This document shows positions 13,101 to 24,072 of a DNA stretch of 64,000 nt, in pieces. This DNA is from Lophium mytilinum (taxonomy: Eukaryota). The DNA lies in the NCBI GenBank assembly GCA_010093605.1, contig MU004191.1, forward strand, positions 976,816 through 1,040,815, given 5' to 3'. Within the stretch, counting starts at the first letter, position 1, and each line of letters opens with the position of its first letter. Below the pieces are notes generated by a model. That model had not been told where the DNA came from. It did no database searches and saw only the letters and a program-made list of their open reading frames with translations. A program made the translations under genes and the position numbers.

Positions 13101-13373
13101 TTAGCTTTCTCTAGAGAGTTATAGGCCTACTATAGTAGTAGCTAGAGATTTATAGTAAGTATATTATAGAGGTATAGAATAAAAATATAATTATTTATAG
13201 CTATACTATACTTAAAGAGAGTATTTAGAATTAGTAAGAAACCTAAGTAAGTAAATTAGAGGCCTTAGAGAACCTTTCTAGGCTAATTAGAAGATTAAAT
13301 ATAAGGGGGGTATAGATAGATAAAGAAAGGGGTATATATAGAGTAAAAAGAGGGTATATTAAAACCTCTCCCC
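10143..13373 (-). mobile_element. RIP-degraded Mutator/MULE (Hop-like) DNA transposon, ~3.2 kb, 97-bp TIRs
   Basis: TIRs 10143-10239 and 13277-13373 (GGGGAGARGTTTTAATATAC...) differ only by transitions. De-RIP minus-strand translation gives MULE motifs YLFF.HP.S, D-C-TYKTN-x-F-G-M (~12454), TDKEQALRNAL and HLLC.WH..KN. No 9-bp TSD recognisable. Confidence 0.88.
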
Positions 13374-13375
13374 TA

Positions 13376-13983
13376 GATATAAACTAAATAAAAAGAGTTT
13401 ACTAACTATAAATAGAAGCTAGCTATAAAGTTTAAAATTAGTAACTAAGTTATACTTAATACTTATAATATTAAGATTTAATATTTAAATAAATTACTTA
13501 ACTATAAATAGCTTAGCCTATTTAAAGTTACTAAAGTTATTAATAATACTATCTATAAGCTCTCTCTTCTATATACTATAAAGAAAGTATTTAATATTTT
13601 CTATTTATAGCTACTCTATTATATTATATATAAGCTATTAAAAAGCTAAATCTAGAAAGAATTTAAATTTATTAAAATTAATAAAAAAGACTATAACTAA
13701 TAGAATATTAATAAGATTATTAACTTATATATTAATAATACTATACTTAATCTAACTACTATATAAAAAGACCTACTTTAATATAAAATTCTTAATACTA
13801 GTTACTATAAATAAAATACTAATTCTTAATAGAAGTTTTATACTAGTATTACTAACTACTATAATATTATTATAGACTATTACTATATCTATTTAAAAGT
13901 AAAAAATTTTTATAAGTTTTTCTAAAAGTCTAAATATTAAAAGCTACTACTTACTCTAATTATAATAATACTATATAGATAAT
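13376..13983 (+). mobile_element. RIP-degraded Ty3/gypsy (chromovirus) integrase C-terminus and chromodomain
   Basis: De-RIP translation FKIGDQV.LNT.NI......K.LDYKWLGPFKVTKVI..T.YKL.LP..MKKVFNVFH..LL (GPF/GPY motif), followed by chromodomain-like W.V.KI.DS...LQYKI...GY....W. Confidence 0.8.
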
Positions 13984-13993
13984 NNNNNNNNNN
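13984..13993. other. assembly gap (10 N)
   Basis: Run of n. Confidence 1.
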
Positions 13994-15539
13994 ACTTAAC
14001 TAGTACTAGCTAGCTAAGCTATTACTAATTTATATAAATTAGATAACGCTATACCGCGTAGACTGCGCGAATAAAGCTTAGTAATATATATAAAATTAAC
14101 TATATTACTAATTTTATATTTAAGACTTAGTAAGTATCTACTATAATCTAGAAAAATAATAAACTCTTTAAATAATTATAAGATAAATTAAATAAAGAAG
14201 AATTACTCTATAATAATAGTAAGTATATATACTAGAATAGAATACTATATCTTTTTTAAGTAGTAAGATTACTACTTATATTAACTATAATTAATAGCTA
14301 TATTAAGAGTACTATTACTATTTTTATTATAAAAGTTAATATCTATACTATAATCTAGTAAAATATATATAATACTTAGCTTACTAAGTTTAAATACTTT
14401 AATTAATAGTAAGTAGCTATTATCTAATATACTATTTAGGCGCACTTCTTATAGAAGTAAACCTTTATACCTAAAAAAATAGAAAGATTACCTAGCTATA
14501 ATATACTATTTACTAGGCTTAATTATAAGTTATAATTTTATTATATATAGTTCTAGGCTATAAGTCTAAATATATAGACTTATTATAGCTTAGCTCTAAT
14601 TTACCTACTTAACACCGCTATTAGGGGTAGTCTAGCTACTAAGTAGGCTAGAAAGTTATAGTTTTTAGTAATATTAATAGATAGAAATTAAGTAAATTAA
14701 AGTACTTTTCGCCTTCTAGTAAGTATAGCGACCCGCTTATCCCTACATTTCTTAATTATTATTAAAGTAGGCTTAATTCTAGTATCTAGGGTAATCTAAT
14801 ATATATATAATAACTTTAAAAGAACCTTAAGTTAACTTATACTAGTTATAGGGCACTTTCTAACTATTCCGCTTTAGAATTCTATTAGCTATCTTATTAT
14901 TCTACTATTCTAAGTTAGATCTAAGTAAGCTCTAAGGTAGAAAAAAGAAATAAATATACCTTAAAAGACCCTTTTAAAAAGGGCACTAGATACTTACTAG
15001 TAGGCTTTACTTTAGTCTATAAAAATAGGTCTTTCTTATTATTAGAATTAAAGTATTCTAGCTTTACTAATACTAACGCAGCTAGGGTAGACTTAGCAGC
15101 CTTTTTAGGCCTTAGGGTAGCCTTAGAGGCTATCTTAAAGTACTTTATCTTCTAAACTATACTAGCCTATCTATTATTAGCTTATTCTAAGTAACCCCTA
15201 AGGAGATTTAAAGATAAAAAGAAGCTTATAAAAGCTGCGCGTTTCTAAGACTTAGAAGGTATAGGTATTAGCGGGATTTCTATCTTTAGTTTAGGCTCTT
15301 TCTTTAACTACTTAAACTGCGCTAGAGTAGAAAGGCCGGTAGCTTTAATCTTCTTAAGTTCTTTCTTATAGCAAAGTATTACTATAATCTAATAGTTCTT
15401 AATCTTTATAATCTTCTTGCTACTAGGCTTTTCCTTAAACTTATTTTTTAGTTTAAGACTATAGTATTAAATAAGGTATATAGTAAAGTATTCTAGAGTT
15501 ATAAACTAGTCCTATATAAATATTAATAGTAAGCCTTAA

Positions 15540-16230
15540 GTATATTAGAAGTATATAAGAAGAAAGTACTTATATTATACTAGAAGTACTAGAACGTGTA
15601 GTCTTTATTCTTTTATAGCGGTTATAGCTTAAACTAGTAGTATACTACTCCCTCTAGGACTTTAACTTTAATATATTCCTTTCTCCCTAACTTCTTAGAG
15701 CCCTAAGATAGTTAGTATAAGTCTACTATAAGCACGCTCTAAGGATATTTAAAGGGCGCTTAATATATACTACTTTAACTATACTATCTATTTAGATATA
15801 TAGTTCGCTACTAAGTAGCACTAACCTAAGTACTAAGTATGCTCGCGCCTCTACCTTTAAAGAGATTGTTAGCTAAAAACTAGAAAGTATTAACTTCTCC
15901 TTACTTACTATGTTTATATAGGCGGGGGCTTTAACAGTTAAGTCCTATTTATCGCTAGATTAAACTATTTTTGCCATAATTTAGGCCTTATAAAGGCCTT
16001 AGGGCAGCCTTAGGGTGGTAAAGAAGGGCCTCTAGTAACAAGAAAAGCGGGAATTGGTTAATTTAGAGGGTGTTGTAGGTGGAGAGGTTGTGGAAGAAGG
16101 ATGAGGTCAAGATGGTGGGCAGTAGGTAGGACAAACCACGAGCGCGGCGGTCCCAGCTCCTCACTGCCTTTGCGAAAATCGGCGTGTCGTCCAGGAGCAG
16201 AATGAGTTCAAGACCTACACCGCCCATCAC
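15540..16230 (-). pseudogene. probable gene running into the RIP block, progressively inactivated
   Basis: ORF 16063-16329(-) continues in frame past TAA as IYQFPLFLLLEALLYHPKAALRPL*GLNYGK...GEV.TF*FLA.NLF.GRGAS...APF.YP*SVL.VDLY. TAA/TAG density rises toward the AT block. Confidence 0.5.
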
Positions 16231-16523
16231 TTCCACTCCGTTACTCCATTGGCGGCTATTTTCAGATGAGACACTGCTCACGGCAAGTCGAGTCCATCCC
16301 ACCGTCATTAGCCTGCCGATTGTGAACAATAGACTTCGTCACTTTTCAGAATGCCATCATATCAGCCGAAACATATGATATCTAGAGGCTACCATGCGTT
16401 TGATCTCTCTACAGCAATTTCTCATACTTCACCGTGTGTCTATTGGAGACTGCTAAGCTTCTTGGATACTCATCCTTCAGGCACGGTTGAGACAGTTCAG
16501 TGCTGTCTCACTCACGTCTCTAT

Positions 16524-17908
16524 ATGGTCTTGGATACCACTGCCACTGCTTTTGCTGGGACCCTCTTTGGTGCCTCCCTAACCGTCTCCGGCGTCTGGTT
16601 ACCCGAAGTAATCATCGGACAGTTCCAACTCCATGACTTCCACATGATCAAGGCCTTCCTCGTAGGAAGTGCCATTAGTGCGTACGCCTTCACTCAAAAT
16701 TCCTTCATCGATTTCACTAACCACACCGCAGCATCGTCCTCCCCTTCTTCGAACGGAATGGCCTGTTAGCATGCAAGCCCAAAGGCCCAACCAGTCTGGG
16801 CTGGTTCCACCGCTACGACGGCAACATCCTCGGCGGTCTGCTCCAGGGAGTTAGCATGGCGCTCACAGGCGCGTGTCCCGGTACTCTTGTCCCGCAAATA
16901 TTGATCGGATACCCATCAAGCGCACGCTTCGTGCTCCTCGGTGGCGTCCTTGGTGGAGTGCTCTTCACTCACATCTCACCGTGGCTATACCGGTCGTCAT
17001 CATCGCAGCCACCCATTTCGCCTATAAGCTGCATGCTCGACGACTTTGCGCCTTTCCAAAATGGCAAATCTAGACCCATCGACGAGATCACCCCCTCCAT
17101 CAACAGCAAAAACATCAAAAACGGCAGAAGCGAACCATCCTACCAACCCCCTCCTCCCCCAACCCTCCCCATACTCCCCGAGAACATCTCCCTCCCAGAA
17201 AACGACACCTCCCTCACCATCCCCTCTGTCCTCGACCCCATAATCGACATCTGCGACAGCCCTCTCAACGAACCCCCATGCCCTAAGCACTCTCTCCGGC
17301 CCACACCATGTCCCCTCACGATCCCCGCCCTCTTCAACCTCGACCCAAACACCTGCCTCCTCGCCTATCTTGCCTGCGTCCTCGCCATCCTCTCCGCCCT
17401 CTCCATCTTCGCCCCCGCACCCGCCCACAAACCCCAAACCCGTCTAAACGCCCACATAGGCGGTCTGGCAATCGGCGCCGCCCAGCTCGCAACCGCCGCC
17501 CTCATCCGCCTCCCCGTCGGCATGAGTCTCGCGTACGAAGAAGCTGGGGCGTGGCTGTGGCACCTCTTCCGCGCCCGCAAGCCGGCGCCGCGGTGGAAAG
17601 CCTTAACGTTCGCTGGCGGGATGGCGATTGGGTCATTCCTATGCACACCATGGGCGAAAGATATGCTAACCGACGATGGGGTTGGGGTAGGAGGGGGTAA
17701 GCCGGCGGTGAAAGTGTTGCAATGTGCGGTTATGGTGCTTGGGGCACGGATGGCGGGGGGATGTCCGTCTGGGCATGGGTTTAGCGGGATGGCGCTGCTG
17801 TGGGTGAGTAGTGTCGTTACTATTGCCGCGATTTTTGTCGGGGGGTTTGGGACGGCGGCGGTGATTAGGGTGGTTGCGGGGATGGAGGGGAGGGGTGGAT
17901 GGGTTTGA
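16524..17908 (+). CDS. YeeE/YedE (DUF395, thiosulfate/sulfur transport-like) membrane protein
   Basis: Motifs LFGASL..SGV..P.VI.GQF.L.DFHM, YDGNILGG.L.G..MALTGACPGT and GARMAGGCPSGHGFSG. One intron ~16683-16730 (GTACGC...CTAAC...CAG). Long Pro-rich central insert. Confidence 0.88.
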
Positions 17909-18479
17909 GAGAGTGAGCATGTGAGTCTGTGAGATGACATCTGTGTTTTGAACAGAGCCTAGAAGTTTCAGGCTTGGTGGTCTCTGCAGCCGTGTCGAGT
18001 TTTTAGCACCAATTTCAAGCTCCCGTTTCTTCCTGAGCTTAGTCTTTGCCACGTGACCTCATTCTCCTTTTTACCTATCTTAGCGAAAGCACGGTATGAT
18101 GGGCTGCGTTAGTTGAGAGAATCTCTAAGCTCTCTCGGGACTTATTCCAGCGTGCAGGGGTTTTTTCGTGCTCGTCCGACAACACGTACATACGTATGAT
18201 TTCATGAGCTGACGCACTAGATGGAGAGGAAGAAGCGATATATTGAAGACTACACCGACACCCCTTCCCTCGGGTCCCCATTTGCTATCTAAGCCCGTGG
18301 AACGGTATCAATTCGATCTAGCTACCCACTCCTCCCACTCCCTTTTCCCCGCTCTCCTCCATTACCACGATGCCCTCCTTCCTGCTGCAAAACTCAAGCC
18401 GATCCAGCCCCCCTCCCTTCTCTCATCCCTCCGTACCTCTCAACAGCCGAGCGTGCTCCAAGCCTAGTTGCGTCCCGCT

Positions 18480-19169
18480 CTAGGTGGTCGTCGCCGCAGC
18501 CGTGACAGTCGCGTCGGTGACCGTCTCCGTGACGTCGTCAGTCGCCGTGACGGTCACCGTAGCGTCCGTGATCGTCTCGGTAACATCATCAGTCGTCGTG
18601 ACCGTGACCGTAGCCGCGGTGAGCGTCTCGGTGGTGTCATCCGTCACCGTGTTCGTAACCGTGGTCGCCGGGTCCGTGAAGGTCGTGACGGTGACGGTGA
18701 CGGTTGTGGGGTCGTAGCTGGACGACGGGGGCTGGTAGCCGTGCGGGTACGGGCCGCCCTCCTCCTCCTGCTCCTGCTGCTGGTGGCCGCCGCCGTAACT
18801 TTCTTCTTCTTGGGGCTTTTCGTAGCCGCCGTGGCCTTGCGGGGTGGGGGTGGGCGAGGGCGAAACGGTGGTGTACTCGGTCTGGGCCCAGATGTGCTTG
18901 GGGTGGCCGTGGTACTTGGGGGTGTTTTGGGCCGGGGAGGGCGAGGCCTCTTCGTTCCAGTTGATGCTCTTGGCTTCTTCTGCGGCGGTTTTGGCGTTAC
19001 TGTAGGAGTCAGAGGATCAGCATTGGATTCAATCGACTTGCGTAGCGGAGAGAGAGAGGGGCAGATGAGAAGCCGTCAAGGGTTGAGAGACAAAAGGCAG
19101 AACTTACTCTACGTAGCCAGCAGAGCATAACGCCGGGACGGCTACGAGGGCGATGATGTTGGCACGCAT
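18480..19169 (-). CDS. small secreted Thr-rich repeat protein (~193 aa)
   Basis: ATG 19169, signal peptide MRANIIALVAVPALCSA. Intron 19107-19000 (GTAAGT...CTGAC...CAG). Exon 2 open to TAG 18480-18482, with 17-aa repeats ATVTVTxTDDVTETxTD. Confidence 0.8.
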
Positions 19170-19539
19170 CTTGAACGTGAAGGGATGGCGTTGAGAGATG
19201 GAGAGAGTGTGAAGGAGAGTATGAAAGAAGGAGAAAGGAGGGGACGCTGCCGAGGATACTACTTATGAGTCGGTCTGGATAGAGAGTGAGAACCACGGGT
19301 GTTGGTATATTTATACTAATTTCGGACCATACACTAGACCACCGCTCATCACTGACCCTCAAGCACTCTCTAGATCTCATCAGTAACCTCATGGCATGAT
19401 ATCACACCTTTTTGAGCGAGTAGGATTGGCTATGACTCTGTACCCCTCTCACTCAAGCCCACTCAAGCCCCCCAACAGATGCTAAGTCTCGCCGTTCCCC
19501 ATCGCCGTCATAGCAACGAATACTCTTCCTCATCAACTC

Positions 19540-19778
19540 TCAACAATAACTCAGAATGACGAGGTCCGTTACCGCCATTGGATCTTTCTGGACGTGCATG
19601 TCGAGCAGGTCTGTTAGGAGTTAGACCGTGTTGAAAATAGAATTCGGGAACGACAGGAACCATCAAAAAATCCGGCAAGGCGGGGCCAGACCCACAGGAA
19701 GTACTCGAAAGACCAAGCTAGCAATATCCCATAGACTGAGATCTTGATGAGTACCAAGATGGCCGAACCGAGGTTCAT
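19540..19778 (-). CDS. possible small single-pass membrane protein
   Basis: Good start context (TTCAACATG) and hydrophobic MNLGSAILVLIKISVYGILLAWSFEYFLWVWP. CTAAC...CAG acceptor near 19611, but the donor is weak. Confidence 0.3.
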
Positions 19779-20096
19779 GTTGAAGGTGGAGTGGTTGCGT
19801 TGAGAAGGTGGAGAGGGGTTGTTGCTGGAATTTAGAGTGATGAGAGAGACAGGAGTTGTGTTGGTGTTGGTGTTGGTGTTGACGTTGACGTTGGCGAAGC
19901 TGTGTCCGTGGTAGATATTTGGTTCTACCCGAGTTTTGACACATCCTTCCGTCCAATCATGAGTGACCAAGCACGTTACGAGAGGGTCAGTCTCAACCCC
20001 AAGCATCAAACTTAGGGTAGCAATACGTTCGTCTAGGAAAAGGATCAACTACGCCAGGGGCCAACCCACCCCAATATCCTCCAGCTACCACCGAAC

Positions 20097-23000
20097 CTAC
20101 GTGATAACTCTCTTCTGCCTCTTCGGTGGGTCTGGGATCAGCTTGTTCAGCTTTCTAACCTCCGTCCACCGACTCAGCGTACCCAATTCTAAAATGCTCA
20201 TCCGTCTAGTCTTTCCACTCGGGTTCCCAATAATGACTGCCTTCCAGTCATCGATCCCGAGCCCTTTGACTTCAGTACCAAACTCCGGCACTGCAGTGGG
20301 TCGGCGCGTCCCGAACGCGCCATTTGGAATAACTTGCACTGCCTTGAAGCGCCAGAGTGCGATCGTGAGCGCGATCGTCAGGAAGAGCAAAATGCCCGCT
20401 GTCACGCCTATCGAGGCTTGCGCGCCGATACGACGCGTGAGTATACCACCGACAGCAGTGGCAACTGCCGCTAGGAGGAAGCCGATGGTCTGGCTCAGGA
20501 AGATACCCGCTGAGACGCGGGGGAAACTGGAGTAGTTTGTACGGCGCCTGCGGTCTTCGACGGCCATGCTTTGGAGGCGATGGCGTGTATTGACGCCAGG
20601 CTGCAGGTCGCAAACGTCGTATGCCTCCATGATCAGGCCATGACATTCTGCAGTGGCGAGAACGGAGAAGAAAGCGATGACCCCTGCGAAAACTATGGGG
20701 ACCATGTAGGGGTACCGTCGACCAGCAGAAGAAACGGTGTACGCAACGCTAGCGGCAGGAAGGGCGAGCATGAACAGAATACGGCGGGCGAAATGGGAGG
20801 TCCAGACGACTTCACGTTCAAGGGTCATGCTGTCCGTTCGAGGTCCTCTTTTCCGTTCGCGGCTGAAGATGCCTGCTTTCGTGAGAGGAATGGCGAGAAG
20901 TGCGCCTATGGCTACGCTCATCACCCCGAGACCGACGTAGTCGGGATGCCATCGATAATCGCGGGAGAGCAAAGCTCCGAGCAGCTGCTGACATGAGCGA
21001 AGGTAACAGTTTAGAGTGGTATGCGTACCTACCACGATAACCAGCACGATCTGTGCGTATATCCAACCCAAGTAGAGTGCCAAAAAAGCGAAGCCCCATT
21101 GACAAATCATCAATGCCGAGAGTTTGACACCGGCCCATACCTCTTCAAACCAGTACTTTGGGCCTTGTGTGGATATGTGGAGTTTAACTTCCCCTTGCGA
21201 TATCCGGCGCGTAATGAAGTTTTCATCTCGATTGTAGACGTCGGTTACAGATCTTCTGTACTGCGACCGTCTAGTCTCAGGGGCGAGTACGTTTAAGACC
21301 AAGACAGCCGCCATCAAGATTATAACGATGTAGAAGCCCCAATCAGGATCCAGATTCTGAATGATGCCGGCACCAATCTGAAACCCGATCGCCAGAGATC
21401 CAATAGAACACCATGACCAGAGACCGAGCCACATACCCATGCCGCCTCCATGCCGCCGTACATCGTTGATAACGACAAGTTCTTGATGGGGTTTGTTGCT
21501 TTGGAGAGATACGCCGAAAAGGTCGAATAGCGTTGTAATGAAATTGACGTTTGCAAAGCCGAGGACAAGTCCTGAGATTCCACGGGAGAGAAGTAGACCA
21601 GTCTTGAAGATGTGGTTGTTGGGAGATCTTGGGCTTCCTACGACAATGGCCTGCGGGAATTGTAAAGGTAGGGCAATCGCCAAGGATCCGAGAATGTAGG
21701 GTTTACGGCCATGAAGGAGAGGTAGCGGCCACACAATGGCAGTAGACATTGCAAGTCCGAGGTAGAGACTTTGAAATCTATCAATGAGGATCTGGATTGA
21801 AACCCAGAAGAAGACTTACCACACATTTCCAAGGATCACTGTGTGAGTTTCGTCTGCCAACTGGTACTGAATTCGGGGAACTTCTCCAGCCTGTTTTCAT
21901 TTAGTTTAAGTTCTGAGTGCCGTTTGAGGAACTGCCCACGTATATACCAATAACGACGCCTAATAGAGAAGTGTTGATGCATGCAATAGTGGCGACAATA
22001 CGTTTCTTCGACGTGCTCCAGTTCCTTGCAACTGGTTGACGACGAGAATGTCTATGTATACCGTATCTATGAGCACGAAGCTGATCTCGAACCTCCATGC
22101 TTTTGGACTTCAAGTTTTGGCTGTATGCAGACGTGCCTGAGCTGCGCGCCAAGTCTGCGATTGGTACTGGTAGTCCGAACTCATCTTCGTCGGAGTCCAA
22201 GGGATTGTTTGAAGACGAGGAGGAGGAGCTCTTTTGTCGCTGATGGTGTCTCCTGTGGGGCCGGCGACGCGAATGGCCACGATCGATATCAATGACTGTA
22301 GGCCGTCTTGTGGCGAAATCGACAACACGGTCAGGTGCATATGACACATCCTCCTCGAGCTCTGTGAATCGTGATGCACCGGCTGGTGGGACAGCCTTTT
22401 TCAAAATGCCGTCACCCGAACAAGTAGAGCAAGAATCGCAGCTACTGGAACGTCCAGAATACGACGAAGCTGACGAAGTGGGGATCGTAGAACTTGAGGC
22501 CTTGAGAGGTGATCCGACAGCCATGAGATGCCACGCTCGAATGTTTGAAACCGTTCGTGCTGGTTTGGCGGCATCTTCAATGATATTAGCGACTTCATCC
22601 AACTTGCCCTGACCAGCCGCGTCTTCCAAAACGCGACTTGCTTCATCCATGAGGTCCTCGAACGCGTGGGTAGCATCTTCAAGTTTCCTGCGGGGTCTTC
22701 TCTCACCTCTTTCTGGAGACAACTGATCATCATGACTAGGAGACGCATTTGTGATTCCGAAAACGCGATCTGGCTTCGATCTGATCTTGTCCGGCGATGA
22801 GCACTCCTCAACGTAGTCTGTGAGCCCCTTGTAAGTGGCTGGAGACGTGATAGTTGGACTGGTAGTCTCTGAAACGACGATATTCGTCTTGTCACGTTGC
22901 AGACTTTGTGGAGAAGAGTTTCCAGACGAATCTTCGATTACAAGGACTGCGCCGCCTCCAACTGACTTCTCATCATTGATTTTCTTCGCCGTTTTTCTCT

Positions 23001-23517
23001 TGTTGGGTAATAAGCCTGCAGACGCGGCTGACGATAGTCGCTTTGTCAAAGGCGCATCGTTCGTTTTGCGACGGATAGATGAATCTGATCCGACAGATCT
23101 AGTGGCGAGCTTGGCTTGAGGGACAGTTATCGGGGTCGGCTTGGGTCCGAATGGTGGAGGAGAGCCATTCGAAGGGCTTGACACAGTGCTGCTACCAGGG
23201 AAACCTCCAGGGACCTTGTTATTGCGTGGTTGATCAGGTGTTTTGCCTGGAGGCGATTTCCCATCTAACCACGGAAGTCGGTTCCTTGAGATGCCAGGCT
23301 TGACAAGACCCCCTTTTGCGTTTTTCAATACGACCTCATGCTGGCTAGGTTTGACTTCTGGTTTCTTAGGCTGTACGGGCTTCGACGGGGAGCCGATTGA
23401 AGCGGTGGGTCTATTCCATGGCAAAGGCTGTCGAGGGCGTGTGGTCTTCAGTCTGCCGCGAGCTCCGTCTAACGATTGACCTGGAGATTCTGCGGCTGCT
23501 TTGGGCTCACTGGGCAT
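20097..23517 (-). CDS. MFS transporter (DHA1/polyamine-transporter-like) with long disordered N-terminus
   Basis: ORFs 21901-23517 and 20097-21749 joined by short introns. Motifs PVARNWS..KK..AT.AC.NT, AGEVPRIQY, PLPLLHGRKPY, PETRRS. Many TM segments. Confidence 0.88.
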
Positions 23518-24072
23518 GCCGATGGACCTGAGAAGGCAACGCCGGCACTTGTTTCGCCCGGCGGTCGAACTCTCTGCTGGAACTCTCCGAATGTTTGACC
23601 GTCAGGCTAATCTCTATACACAGTCTCCGCGTATGAAATATAGAAATCGGTGGTGATTGTTTAGAGTTTGGTAGAAAGGTGGTAGGAGTGACTGTCGGTT
23701 GTAGGAAAAGGAAGACTGGTTGTGAGAGGTGCTCGTCAAGACGCACAACTTCGGCGTCGTGAGAAGTGATAAGGAAAGGATGTGTTACAGGCCGCTTTGC
23801 GTCAGCCTAACGACCAAAGAAAATGGGCTTTGAGACAGTGACGTATGTGGCCAGCGCCGGGTTGACGCAAAGAGGCTGTTACTGACTATGAAGGAGACAG
23901 AGATGAGAAGAGGGTGCAGAAGCTCGGGGAGGTGAGATGGCTGTTTGTCATTTGTTTCGTGCCACCACCGCTCTTTCCCAACGATCCTAAAACGGAATGA
24001 GCGAAAGACTAGCCCCCGCATATTTCTCATGAACTTGAATCCTTTGATGCCGTAAGAAATGATATTTTAGGG

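Larger units (their letters stand above)
1..16040. repeat. AT-rich RIP-degraded transposon/heterochromatin block
   Basis: Extreme TpA excess and near absence of CpA/TpG. No ORF-track entries before 16063. Repeat copies differ almost only by C>T/G>A. Composition switches to normal near 16040. Confidence 0.95.

Noticed and set aside
10140..13376. PIF/Harbinger assignment from a possible TAA/TAG 3-bp TSD
   Set aside because: Transposase motifs and long TIRs are MULE-type; a 2-of-3 match in TA-rich DNA is meaningless.
13994..14700. Identifiable transposon domain after the gap
   Set aside because: RIPped sequence in which I could not recover any convincing motif.
18468..19130. Arg-rich 220-aa plus-strand ORF
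   Set aside because: Antisense shadow of the secreted Thr-rich gene.
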